From contig CAVQCF010000039.1 in NCBI GenBank assembly GCA_963710885.1, positions 102,153 through 166,152 on the forward strand: a stretch of 64,000 nucleotides of DNA, given 5' to 3'. Origin of the DNA: an uncultured Acidobacteriaceae bacterium (lineage in GTDB: Bacteria; Acidobacteriota; Terriglobia; Terriglobales; Acidobacteriaceae). Shown one piece after another: positions 1 through 10,018 of this stretch (positions within the stretch are counted from its first letter, which is position 1; each line of letters begins with the position of its first letter). A program made the position numbers and the translations under genes. Below the pieces are notes generated by a model that was given only the letters and a program-made list of their open reading frames with translations, was not told the DNA's origin and ran no database searches.

Positions 1-194
1 GTCTCAGTAACGGTTACCAACTGTTCCGGCTGTTGGTAGGGCAGTGGCTGCAGAAGCACGGTGTCGACCACGCTGAAGGTCGCCGTACTCGCCCCAATCC
101 CGATGGCCAACGTCAAGACGGCAATCGCGGTAAAACCGGGGTTCTTCCCGAGCATCCGCCAGCCGTATCGAATGTCCTGCATCAGACTCTCCAT
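1..194 (-). CDS. ADOP-type duplicated FtsX/MacB-like permease, 5' end only (gene continues past the left window edge); paralog 7 of the array
   Basis: Not in the ORF track because it is truncated. The minus-strand ATG at 194, 9 nt after the stop of 204..2654, reads [64 protein letters not shown]. This is the same N-terminal signature and TM1 as the six complete paralogs upstream. The 4..207 track ORF is a different frame. Confidence 0.75.
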   Translation of the reverse strand, partial: MESLMQDIRYGWRMLGKNPGFTAIAVLTLAIGIGASTATFSVVDTVLLQPLPYQQPEQLVTVTE

Positions 195-203
195 CGGATC
201 TCC

Positions 204-2654
204 TCACTCATACCGCAACGCCACCATGGGATCGACCCGGGTTGCGCGGTACGCCGGAATCAGGCTCGCCAGCAACGCGATCACCGCCAGCAGCGCGGTC
301 ACCGCGACAAACGTAACGGGATCACTCGGCTTAATCCCAAAGGTGAGGCTCGACAGAACGCGCCCCAGCAACAGCGCGCCGGCCGCACCGATGGCGACTC
401 CGAGCAAAGTCGGCTTCATGCCCTCGAACACGACACGGCGGAGTTCGTCGCTGAGGCGGGCACCCAGAGCCAGGCGGATTCCGATTTCACGTACGCTCCG
501 CTTCACGCTGTACGACAGCACGCTGTAAATTCCCACCGCCGCCAGCAACAAGGCGAGCCCAGCGAATGATCCGAGCAGCAGCATGTTGAAGCGCTGTTGG
601 GAGACGGAGTTCGCGACCAGATCGTCCATGGTCAGAATGTCGCGCAATGGCATCGCCGGATCGACGTCATGTACCGCGTTCGCCACGGGTGAGACCATGC
701 CTGCAGAACTGGAGACGGACCGAACGACCAGCGTCATCGGAAACGAAGTCCATCCGCCGTTCGATGAAGCGGAAAGCTGATCAAGAGGAAAGTAGAGAGC
801 GGCGTTCGCGCGGGTCTGGTCGAGACTATCAAGTTTCACGTCGCCCACAACTCCCACCACTTCGCGAACCGCATCCGGATAGAACGTCAGCGTAAGACGC
901 TTGCCTAGAGGGTCTTCACCCGGCCAGAACTGCCGCGCCATCGACTCGCTGATCAGAATGACGTCCGGCCTGCCCGCAATGTCCGCGTCGCTAATATCCT
1001 GTCCACGCAGAATCGGGACATGCAGCGCACTCATGTAACCGGGGCTGATAAGGCGCACGTCGACCTCCGGTTGTTCCGACATCGGCACCACCGGACGGCC
1101 CTCAATCGCGATCGGTTGATGGGAACCACCGTTGTCCAACGGAATGTCATCAATTACGCCGGCAGATTCAACACCGGGTAAGGTTCGTATCCGCTGCAGC
1201 GCTCCCTCGAAGAAATTGATCTGCTGCAGCGGAGAAGAAAATTTTGCCCGGGAGACCATTGCGTTCATGGTCAGAACATTGCGTGCATCAAAACCTGGAT
1301 TCACGCTTTGCAGTTTCTGAAAGCTGCGGATCATTAGCCCCGCGCCGACTAACAGCATGAGTGAGAGGGCAACCTCCGACACAACCAGGATGCTGCGCGT
1401 ACGATGTCCACCGGAGTCCGCATCGGTTCGACCCAGTCCCTGCTTGAGCACCTGACTCACGTTGCCCCGCGCCAGACGCACGGCGGGCAGCACTCCCGCA
1501 ATCACTCCGCTGAGTACCGAAATCAGGGCTGTGAAAGCAAGGACCTGCGAATCCAGTTTGATCTCCGTGAAACCGGGCAATTTGTCTCCCAGAAAAGCCA
1601 CAATCAGGCGGATTCCATAATGTGCGCACGACAGGCCAAGCGCTCCACCCGCGAGTGCGAGAAGCACTGTCTCAGTGAGGAGTTGGCGGAGCACGCGCGG
1701 CCAGCTCGCTCCCAACGCCGTCCGAATCGCAATCTCTTTTTGACGACTGAACGTTTTTGCCAGCGCCAGATTGGCCACGTTCACACAAGCAATCAGAAGG
1801 ACGAATCCAACCGCTCCGAGCAGCACGAGCAAGGGAGTGCGCACGTCGCTCACCATGTCGTCATGCAAAGGCAGGACTGTCGCGCCCCATCCCTTATCGT
1901 CATCGGGATAGAGTTGCTGCAAGCGGTCTGAGATCGTGTTCATCTCCGCCTTCGCCTGCTGCAATTCAACCCCGGGCTTCAGGCGCGCGATGACCATGTA
2001 GTGGTGCTCGCCGCGTACCGCGCGTTCTTTATCGGTCCACGCCATCGGAGTCCACATCTGAGCGAAATCAGGAAACCGGAAGCTCGCCGGCATGACGCCG
2101 GCCACAAGGTACGCTTCGCCATCCAGATTGATGTTGTGACCTACGATCTCAGGATTAGATCCAAAGTGCTCCTGCCACATGCGGTGACTGAGAACCACCA
2201 CGTGCGAATGTCCTACTTGATCCTCGTCGGGAGATAACACTCGGCCCAGCATGGGAGGAATACCCAAGGTCGAGAAGAAGCCGGCGGACACGGCACAGGC
2301 GTCCACCTGTTCAGGCTTGTTGCCACCCGTCATCGTGAAGCTGTGGCCCGTCATGATTGCCATGCTGGCGAATACGTGGTTCTGGTTTTCCCAGTCTGCG
2401 TAATTCGCCGCCGACACTGAGAACAATGTCATTCCAGGGAAGCTCTTCGGTGGAGGAACATGCCAAACACGGACGAGCCGGCCCGGATCCTTAAACGCAA
2501 GCGGCCGCAGCAGAACTCCGTTGACCACGCTAAAGATGGCGGTGTTCGCGCCAATCCCGAGCGCGAGTGTGATCACGGCCACGGCCGTGAATCCAGAGCT
2601 TTTGAAAAGCTGACGCAATGCGAAACGGACATCCTGAAATAGCCCACTCATCAT
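204..2654 (-). CDS. ADOP-type permease (two MacB/FtsX permease modules with two large extracytoplasmic domains in one chain), paralog 6
   Basis: 816 aa. N-terminus is [41 protein letters not shown] (TM1). It is followed by a long hydrophilic region, a 3-TM block, a second long hydrophilic region and a second 3-TM block, ending in DPMVALRYE. The architecture matches the acidobacterial duplicated orphan permease family (TIGR03434; MacB_PCD + FtsX twice) as I recall it. Confidence 0.9.
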   Translation of the reverse strand: MMSGLFQDVRFALRQLFKSSGFTAVAVITLALGIGANTAIFSVVNGVLLRPLAFKDPGRLVRVWHVPPPKSFPGMTLFSVSAANYADWENQNHVFASMAIMTGHSFTMTGGNKPEQVDACAVSAGFFSTLGIPPMLGRVLSPDEDQVGHSHVVVLSHRMWQEHFGSNPEIVGHNINLDGEAYLVAGVMPASFRFPDFAQMWTPMAWTDKERAVRGEHHYMVIARLKPGVELQQAKAEMNTISDRLQQLYPDDDKGWGATVLPLHDDMVSDVRTPLLVLLGAVGFVLLIACVNVANLALAKTFSRQKEIAIRTALGASWPRVLRQLLTETVLLALAGGALGLSCAHYGIRLIVAFLGDKLPGFTEIKLDSQVLAFTALISVLSGVIAGVLPAVRLARGNVSQVLKQGLGRTDADSGGHRTRSILVVSEVALSLMLLVGAGLMIRSFQKLQSVNPGFDARNVLTMNAMVSRAKFSSPLQQINFFEGALQRIRTLPGVESAGVIDDIPLDNGGSHQPIAIEGRPVVPMSEQPEVDVRLISPGYMSALHVPILRGQDISDADIAGRPDVILISESMARQFWPGEDPLGKRLTLTFYPDAVREVVGVVGDVKLDSLDQTRANAALYFPLDQLSASSNGGWTSFPMTLVVRSVSSSAGMVSPVANAVHDVDPAMPLRDILTMDDLVANSVSQQRFNMLLLGSFAGLALLLAAVGIYSVLSYSVKRSVREIGIRLALGARLSDELRRVVFEGMKPTLLGVAIGAAGALLLGRVLSSLTFGIKPSDPVTFVAVTALLAVIALLASLIPAYRATRVDPMVALRYE

Positions 2655-2660
2655 GACCTC

Positions 2661-5087
2661 CTATTCATACCTCAGCGCCACCATGGGATCGATTTTGGCA
2701 GCACGCCACGCGGGAAGCCCGCATGCGATCATCGTCACGGCGCCCAGCAGCAAAATCACGCCGAAATACGCAAATGGATCAAGGTTCGACACGCCGAACA
2801 GCAGCGTGGAGAGGACCTGACTCGCCGCTACGGCGCCGAGCAGTCCCAACGCGATCCCGACCCCCGTGAGGGCCATTCCCTGCCGAATGACAAGCGTCAG
2901 AATGTCACGGCGGGATGCACCCAGAGCTGACCTCACTCCGATCTCGCGAGTTCGCTCAGTGACGCCACCAGAGAGGACGCCATAAATGCCGGTCGCCGCC
3001 AATATCAATGACACCAGCCCGAACGCCTCAAACAGGATCAGCACAAACCTTCTCTCAGCCGCTGACGCAGCGATCAAACTATCCATCGTGGCAACGCGGA
3101 CGATCGGTTGATCTTTGTCCACCGACCAAATCGCGTTCTTGATGGCGGGTGTCAGCGCGGCCACATTGCCGCGTGCGCGAACCGTCAGCGACAGCGTTCC
3201 GTCCGCCCAATGCCACTGTGTTGTCGTACCGTAGACCGCATCGGCGTCACTCATCGCGAGCGACATCTGCTTTACATCGCCGACGACGCCAACGATCGTG
3301 AAGAGCGTCAAACTGCTTCCGCCACCAACCTGAACCCGCTTCCCGATTGGATCCTGATCGGGAAATCTGCGCTTTGCCAGCGACTCGCTGATCAGCATCA
3401 CCCGCGGAGCATCCGCCGTGTCTTGAGTACCGAGAAGACGGCCGCGACGCAGCGGGATGCCCAGCGTTTCGAGATAACCCGGTGTCACGGCGTAACGGAA
3501 GACTGGATAACCTTGCTCGGGACCGTCGTTCTCGAAGTGCGCGCCATACACATCCGAATCTCCACTCAGGGGCAACTGGCTGGTGAAGGCCGCAGCGGTG
3601 ACACCGGGAACGGCGCGCACCGCATCGAGCGCTTGCGCGAAAAATCGATGACACACACGATCATCGTCATAACGGTGGCCGTAGGTTTGCACCTGCATGG
3701 TGAGCAATTGCGAACCGTCGAAGCCCACAGGTACGGCGAACAGCCTGCGCAAACTGTGGAGCAGCAGTCCCGCACCCACCAGCAGCACCAGCGCGATCGC
3801 GATCTCGGCAACAGCGAATGTCCGGCGCGTAACCTGATGAGTTCCAGCGGTGCGCCGTGAGCCTTCCTGTATTCCGATGTGCAGGTCGGCGCGGGAAGCT
3901 TGTCGTGCCGGTATCAACCCCACCGTCAGGCCGATGAGCGTCGTGATACCGAGCGCGAATCCGAATACCGTGCCGTCTAAATGGATCGCGTCCACCCGCG
4001 GCAGCCCTGGTGGGCTAAGCGCAACGAGTGCACGTACACCCACCTGCGCGACAATCATGCCGAGAGCGCAGCTCAACATGGCCAGCAACAGACTCTCGGT
4101 GATCAGTTGCCGGATCAGTCGCGGTCGTCCCGCGCCCAGTGCAACACGCATCGAGAATTCACTGCGGCGCTGCGCGCTCTGCGCCAGCAAAAGGTTGGTC
4201 ACATTCACGCAAGCGATCAGGAGCACCAGTATTACCGCCCCGAAAACGGCGAGCAGCGCCGGCCTTACCCCGCGCGTAACGTCATCCTGCAGCGCGCTCG
4301 CGATAAACCCGTGAGCTAGAGACACAAAACTAGGCCGTGGAAATTCCGCTACTGGAGTCTGCGCGATCCATTTCAGATCGCTCCGGGCTTGGGCCATGCT
4401 GACACCCTCCCGCACCCGCCCTACCATCCGCAGATGATGGCCCCATTCCCTGGTCTGAACGGACGCGACATTCCCCGCGTCGTACTGCAGGGGCGACCAG
4501 ACCTCAGCCGAGGGAGCCAGCACATTGTCAAACCCGGGCGGCATCACGCCGATGACGGTGTAGTTGTCGCCGTCGAGCCGGATCTGGTTTCCAACGATCG
4601 CGCGATCGCCGCCGAGGCGGCTACGCCACAGCCCGTCGCTGACGATCACCACTTTGGGTCCATGCAGCACATCGTCGGTGTCCCGGAAATCTCGGCCCAG
4701 AGCCGGCGGCACCCCGAGCGCCCGGAAGCAACCCGCGGTGACCTGCTGCCCATCAAAACGCTCCGGCTGACCCTCTCCCGAGAGGGTCGGCTGCCAGGCC
4801 TTCATCACGGCCAGCGCTTCGAAAGACCGGCTACGCTCCGCTACTTCGCGATAGGTGTGGAACGATTGGGGAATGCGGGATCCATCCTCCCCGGCATACC
4901 AGATCATCATGATCCGGCTGGCATCGGGATATGGCAGCGGCTCAAATAGGATCGGATTGATCGTGCTGAAGATGGCCGTCGTCCCGCCGATACCGAGCGC
5001 GAGTATCACGATGGCCGTGCAGGCGAACCCCGGGCTCTTGCGCAACTGGCGCACCGCATAGCGAAGATCTTGCAGCCATCCGCTCAT
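2661..5087 (-). CDS. ADOP-type permease, paralog 5
   Basis: The track ORF is 2661..5108 (GTG start). I prefer the ATG at 5087 (MSGWLQDLRYAVRQLRKSPGF...). It aligns with the starts of the sibling genes and is preceded by GGGAGG. It also removes the 8-nt overlap with the upstream gene. 808 aa, ending DPMVALRYE. Confidence 0.9.
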   Translation of the reverse strand: MSGWLQDLRYAVRQLRKSPGFACTAIVILALGIGGTTAIFSTINPILFEPLPYPDASRIMMIWYAGEDGSRIPQSFHTYREVAERSRSFEALAVMKAWQPTLSGEGQPERFDGQQVTAGCFRALGVPPALGRDFRDTDDVLHGPKVVIVSDGLWRSRLGGDRAIVGNQIRLDGDNYTVIGVMPPGFDNVLAPSAEVWSPLQYDAGNVASVQTREWGHHLRMVGRVREGVSMAQARSDLKWIAQTPVAEFPRPSFVSLAHGFIASALQDDVTRGVRPALLAVFGAVILVLLIACVNVTNLLLAQSAQRRSEFSMRVALGAGRPRLIRQLITESLLLAMLSCALGMIVAQVGVRALVALSPPGLPRVDAIHLDGTVFGFALGITTLIGLTVGLIPARQASRADLHIGIQEGSRRTAGTHQVTRRTFAVAEIAIALVLLVGAGLLLHSLRRLFAVPVGFDGSQLLTMQVQTYGHRYDDDRVCHRFFAQALDAVRAVPGVTAAAFTSQLPLSGDSDVYGAHFENDGPEQGYPVFRYAVTPGYLETLGIPLRRGRLLGTQDTADAPRVMLISESLAKRRFPDQDPIGKRVQVGGGSSLTLFTIVGVVGDVKQMSLAMSDADAVYGTTTQWHWADGTLSLTVRARGNVAALTPAIKNAIWSVDKDQPIVRVATMDSLIAASAAERRFVLILFEAFGLVSLILAATGIYGVLSGGVTERTREIGVRSALGASRRDILTLVIRQGMALTGVGIALGLLGAVAASQVLSTLLFGVSNLDPFAYFGVILLLGAVTMIACGLPAWRAAKIDPMVALRYE

Positions 5088-5100
5088 CGTGTGCCTCCCA

Positions 5101-7512
5101 CTACTCACACCTCAGGGCTTCCATGGGATCAGTTTCTGTCGCGCGGTGGGCTGGAATGTAACATGCCGCCACAGTCGTCGCGAGCAGCACAAGTGCGACG
5201 CCGACGAAGGTCACCGGATCGGTTGACGTCACCCCAAATAGCAAACCCGCTATCGCTCTCGCCGCCGCGAGGGCCGCGATCGTGCCCACCGTGATTCCAG
5301 TGAGTGCCTGCCGCAGTCCCTCTTTCATGACCAGAACGAGGACATCCTGGCGCGTTCCGCCGAGCGCGATTCGTAAGCCGAATTCGCGAGTTCGCTGGCT
5401 CACGGAATACGCAATCGCACCATAGAGTCCGAGTGAAGAGAGCACCAAGGCCAACGTGGCGAAGGCCCCCATCAGTTGCAGGCCCAGTCTTCGTGCAGCA
5501 AGAGTCTGAAGAGCGATGCTGTCCATCGTTCGTATTTCGTTGATTGGCTGGTCAGCCTTGATCGAGTGCACGCGCGCCCGCAAAGATCCGGCTATGTTGA
5601 TCGGGTCTCCGGTGGTGCGCACGAAAAGGTGCATGCCGGCAAACACGTGATGGGTCGGGTCTTGTAAGAAGGGCATGTACAGCGCCGGTTCCGGCAAAAC
5701 ATCCAACCCCCGCTGCCTCACGTCTTCCACGACACCGACGACTTCGCGAAACCGGGCGACAGCGTTGCTGTCGCGGCCAGGCCCCACGTAGTTGACTGCA
5801 AAACGTTTGCCGATGGGATCTTGGCCGGGCCAGTACGTCTGAGCCATCGCTCGGTTCACAATCACGACTGCTGGTGCAGCCTCGTCATCGTGTGGCGTAA
5901 ACAGGCGGCCTCGGAACAACCGGGTTCCAGTCGCACGAAAGTAGTCATCACTGATCCAACAGGCATCCGTGGTCGGTGCGTTCTTGGGATCGACGGGGCG
6001 ATCATCGAAAGTCAAGGTTGCGGTCGGTGCCCAATTCGCGGGCACGCAGTCACTGACGCCCGTTGCCCGTACTCCTGGTAGAGATGACACCGACTCGAGA
6101 ATCCGTCTGTAAAATGTCGCGCCTGAGGCCTCGTAGTAATTCGTGCGCAGATAGGACTCAAGCAATTGCTCCGGCTGGAATCCAGGATTAGAACGCGCTG
6201 CCAGCCGGAAACTGCGAAACAGGAGTCCCGCACCGACCAGCAGTACCAGTGTAATTGCAACCTCGGACGCGATCAACAGTTGCAAGCTTCGCCGGTTCGA
6301 TTTTCCGACTTGTCCGCGTCCTGATTTGAGAGCGGAAGGTATATCAAGTCGCGAGAAGGTTACTGATGGTCCCCAGGCCAGCAGCAAACTGGCTGCGAAC
6401 GTGACCAGCAACGCAATTCCCAATACCGTGGCATTGACTTGAATGGAGTGGCTCCGCGGCAGGTTGCCAAAGTTGAAGCTCGTGGTCAGCCTCACTCCCC
6501 ACACCGCCAACGCAACTCCCAAAGCTCCCCCAAGCACGCTCAGCAGCAGATTCTCAGCGACCAGTTGCTGCACAATGCGCTTGTGACTAGCGCCGAGCCC
6601 GAGCCTCACGGCGATTTCCGACTGTCGCTTTTCGCTCCTGGCCAGTAGTAGGCCCATGACGTTCACGCAGGCGATCACCAGAACCAGGCCGACGGAAGCG
6701 GCAATAATGTCCAACTCCGCGCGCACCTGACCCACGAATTCATCTTTGAGCGGGACCAGTTTCACCGCCAAACTTGAAGATGCCCCGGGCGCCCGCCGCA
6801 GGATTGCCGTCAGATCCTGCTCCGCTTGTGCGGGGCTTATACCAGGCATCGTGCGACCGATCACGGTAAGGAACTTGTTCCCTCGTAATCGCATCCACGC
6901 GAAGTCAGGAATGACCTTTGCCCAGATATCGGTATGGGGAAACAGATCCGGAATCGACGGCATGACTCCGATAACGGTTTGGCCTCCTCCGCTAAGGTTC
7001 AGGACGCGTCCCAGAACATGCGGGTCGGCGCTGAGCTGTTGTCTCCAGAAGCGCTCTGAAATGACGACCTGAACTCCGTCCGTTTGATACTCCTCCGGGG
7101 TGTATAGCCGGCCGAGGAGTGGCTTTACTCCGAGCATTGGAAAGAAGTCGTAGGAGATGGCTGTGCATATGACATTTCGCGGCTCGCCTAGCCCGGTCAA
7201 GCTGTACGTGAAGTGTGGGAGCAGTTCGGCCAAGCCCTCGAAAGATCGGTTTTGTTCCTTGTAGTCCTGAAAATCGGGCCCGGACGCGCCTGTGTTGAGT
7301 GATTTCTCTTCCGGCGACACAGCCCACACGGCAAATAGATGATCGGGCTCGTGAAAAGGCAAAGGTCGAAGGAGCACGCCGTCGATTACGCTGAAAACAG
7401 CCGTATTCGCGCCAATCCCCAACGCTAGAGTTAGGATGGCAACCGCGGCGAACCCCGGGCTCTTGCGTAACTGCCGCACCGCGTAGCGAAGGTCCTGCAG
7501 CCATCCACTCAT
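5101..7512 (-). CDS. ADOP-type permease, paralog 4
   Basis: 803 aa. N-terminus [40 protein letters not shown]; C-terminus DPMEALRCE. Same two-module layout as the siblings. Confidence 0.9.
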   Translation of the reverse strand: MSGWLQDLRYAVRQLRKSPGFAAVAILTLALGIGANTAVFSVIDGVLLRPLPFHEPDHLFAVWAVSPEEKSLNTGASGPDFQDYKEQNRSFEGLAELLPHFTYSLTGLGEPRNVICTAISYDFFPMLGVKPLLGRLYTPEEYQTDGVQVVISERFWRQQLSADPHVLGRVLNLSGGGQTVIGVMPSIPDLFPHTDIWAKVIPDFAWMRLRGNKFLTVIGRTMPGISPAQAEQDLTAILRRAPGASSSLAVKLVPLKDEFVGQVRAELDIIAASVGLVLVIACVNVMGLLLARSEKRQSEIAVRLGLGASHKRIVQQLVAENLLLSVLGGALGVALAVWGVRLTTSFNFGNLPRSHSIQVNATVLGIALLVTFAASLLLAWGPSVTFSRLDIPSALKSGRGQVGKSNRRSLQLLIASEVAITLVLLVGAGLLFRSFRLAARSNPGFQPEQLLESYLRTNYYEASGATFYRRILESVSSLPGVRATGVSDCVPANWAPTATLTFDDRPVDPKNAPTTDACWISDDYFRATGTRLFRGRLFTPHDDEAAPAVVIVNRAMAQTYWPGQDPIGKRFAVNYVGPGRDSNAVARFREVVGVVEDVRQRGLDVLPEPALYMPFLQDPTHHVFAGMHLFVRTTGDPINIAGSLRARVHSIKADQPINEIRTMDSIALQTLAARRLGLQLMGAFATLALVLSSLGLYGAIAYSVSQRTREFGLRIALGGTRQDVLVLVMKEGLRQALTGITVGTIAALAAARAIAGLLFGVTSTDPVTFVGVALVLLATTVAACYIPAHRATETDPMEALRCE

Positions 7513-7525
7513 TGTTTGCCTCCCA

Positions 7526-10012
7526 TCACTCGTACCTGAGTGCCACCATCGGGTCGATCTTTGTGGCCCGACGCGTGGGAATAAAGGTGGCTACGCATGC
7601 AATGGCGGCCAGCAAAAGTGAAACGCCCACGTAGGTAATGGGGTCATTGGGCGTAATGCCTACGAGAAAATCGCTGACTAGCCGTCCCGCAGCGAGCGCG
7701 GCGAGCAAGCCAACGGTCAGGCCCGATGCGACAATCACTGCACCCCGGCGTCCGATCATCCTGAGAATGTCGCGACGCTGCGCCCCGAGCGCCATTCGCA
7801 CGCCGATCTCTTGCGTACGTTGGCTGACGGCGTATGACATCACTCCGTACACGCCAACCACTGCGAGAATCAGCCCTAGCAACCCCAACGCCGCAGCAAG
7901 GCTCGCGCCCAATTCGAAGAACAGCAAGCCATTGCCGCCGTGCAGGGCCTCCGCCATCGTGCGCACGCCATAGACGGGAATCGCCGGCGCCAGCGACTGT
8001 GCGATTGCTCTTACCTCGGCGACCGTGTCTTGCGTACTCCTCCCCGAACGTATTTGCAGCGTCTCTGTCGACCGGTAACTCTGCGCGGCCGGCAGATAGA
8101 AGATCGGTTCGAATTCCCCATAGAGCTGGCTCATCCGGCTGTTTTGCACGACGCCAACGATCGTCGCGGGACGCTTCGGATCATCCGTCAGCGTAAAAGA
8201 CTTTCCCAGCGGGTCTTGATGCGGCCAAAAGCGTTCCGCCATGGACTGGTTGATCACAGCAACGTGGGGAGCGTTTTCGTTGTCCGCATCGGTAAAATCA
8301 CGACCGCGTTTCAGCGCAATGCGCATGGTGCTGAAGTAATCCGAAGACACAACATTGTCTTCGGCGTGCGGTGCTTCCTGGTTTGCAGAGGTTGCGTATC
8401 CGGGAATCGCCAAGTCGCTACCCTGGATGGAGTCGCTGAGCGGCACCACCGATGCTAGGCTGGCCGACTGTACTCCCGGCAGAGTGCGCGCACGTTCCAG
8501 CATCGCGCGATAGAAGGCTCTTCCCTGCTGCTCCGTATAGCCAATCTCGTTTGGGTCGAGCGTCAAATTGATGACATGCTGGGGATCAAACCCCAAGTCG
8601 CTGGTCTGGACGCTGCGCAGACTGCGCACAAACAATCCTGCAACGATCAGCAAAGTCAGCGACCCGCCAACCTGCACGGCCACCAGAACATCGCGCAAAC
8701 GCTGGCGTCCGCCGGTCGAAGTGCGTCCACCTTCGTGCAACACTTCCCGCAAGTTGCCATGCCGGATGCGGGCCGCAGGCACGACAACAACGAACGCAGC
8801 GGTCGCCGCCGCGACTGCGAAGGCATACGCGAACACGCGCCAGTTGAACTCGAAGTCAAACACGATCGGCAACTCACTCTGCAGAGGCACAGAGCCCAGC
8901 AGGCGCGATGCGGACAAGCCCAGCGCTACTCCTAAACCGCAGCTGAGAGCTGCCACCACCAGACTCTCAGTGAACAGTTGGCGAACGAGCCGGCCAGTTC
9001 CGGCGCCCAGCGCAGCGCGCACCGCCATCTCGCGCTGCCGCGCTGCCGCTCGAACCAGAAAGAGGTTGGCAACGTTCACACACGCCAGGGCCAGCACCAA
9101 GGCAGCAAGCGTCAGGAACAATGCTGCCAGCTTGGGAAAGGGATTCGTCGCCCCGCCCATAATTCCTGGCGGCCGCAACGGACGGGCCTGCAATTCGCCA
9201 ATTCCGCGATCTCGGGGATATTGCTTTAGCAGGCGCTGGCCCACGACGGCGATCTCGGACTGGATTCGTTTCGAATTCGCTCCAGGTTTTACTCGCGCCA
9301 GTGCGAGCATGCTGCGGGTGCTGGGATTGGCCAGGAAGTCGCCCGCAACTCCTCTCTCAATCAGGAACATGCTCAGCGGAAGGTAAGCCTGGATATTGAG
9401 AAGAGGAGTCGGCCCGAGAAAACCGTTCGGCGCCACTCCAACGATGGTGAGGGGGTGACCGTTGATTGAAACCGCTTTGCCGACAATCGCGGGGTCACTG
9501 GAAAAGCGAGTCTGCCAATAGCTGTAACTCAGAACGACGACCGGGTCGGCGCCCGCGGCCTTCCCCTCGGTGCTCAAAATGAAGCGGCCCGAGGCGGGCG
9601 CAATGCCCAGCAGCGAGAAGAAGTCGCCGCCCACATAGGCAGTCTGAACTGGCTTGGTCACACCGTCTGCGGTCATGCCACTCTGCGAATTCTGCTCACC
9701 CGCCAAACCGCCAAAGATGAACGGTGTTATGCCCGAAAACACATCCGCGGTCTGCTTTTGAATATCTGCAAACTCGGGATACGAGAACTGCAGTTCGGAA
9801 TTGGCGCCGGGCCGAGTAAAAACCAGAAAATGCATCTGCTGCGGATCCTTGACCGGCAACGACCGCAGCACCAGCCAATCCACCATGCTGAAAATGGCAG
9901 TGTTGGCTCCAATGCCCAGCCCAAGAGTTAATATGACGACCGAGAAAAAGACCGGGCTCTTGCGCAACTGCCGCACCGCATAACGAAAGTCCTGGATTAT
10001 TCCTGTGATCAT
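7526..10012 (-). CDS. ADOP-type permease, paralog 3
   Basis: 828 aa. N-terminus [41 protein letters not shown]; C-terminus [15 protein letters not shown] lies in the 13-nt spacer to the next gene. Confidence 0.9.
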   Translation of the reverse strand: MITGIIQDFRYAVRQLRKSPVFFSVVILTLGLGIGANTAIFSMVDWLVLRSLPVKDPQQMHFLVFTRPGANSELQFSYPEFADIQKQTADVFSGITPFIFGGLAGEQNSQSGMTADGVTKPVQTAYVGGDFFSLLGIAPASGRFILSTEGKAAGADPVVVLSYSYWQTRFSSDPAIVGKAVSINGHPLTIVGVAPNGFLGPTPLLNIQAYLPLSMFLIERGVAGDFLANPSTRSMLALARVKPGANSKRIQSEIAVVGQRLLKQYPRDRGIGELQARPLRPPGIMGGATNPFPKLAALFLTLAALVLALACVNVANLFLVRAAARQREMAVRAALGAGTGRLVRQLFTESLVVAALSCGLGVALGLSASRLLGSVPLQSELPIVFDFEFNWRVFAYAFAVAAATAAFVVVVPAARIRHGNLREVLHEGGRTSTGGRQRLRDVLVAVQVGGSLTLLIVAGLFVRSLRSVQTSDLGFDPQHVINLTLDPNEIGYTEQQGRAFYRAMLERARTLPGVQSASLASVVPLSDSIQGSDLAIPGYATSANQEAPHAEDNVVSSDYFSTMRIALKRGRDFTDADNENAPHVAVINQSMAERFWPHQDPLGKSFTLTDDPKRPATIVGVVQNSRMSQLYGEFEPIFYLPAAQSYRSTETLQIRSGRSTQDTVAEVRAIAQSLAPAIPVYGVRTMAEALHGGNGLLFFELGASLAAALGLLGLILAVVGVYGVMSYAVSQRTQEIGVRMALGAQRRDILRMIGRRGAVIVASGLTVGLLAALAAGRLVSDFLVGITPNDPITYVGVSLLLAAIACVATFIPTRRATKIDPMVALRYE

Positions 10013-10018
10013 TGGGCT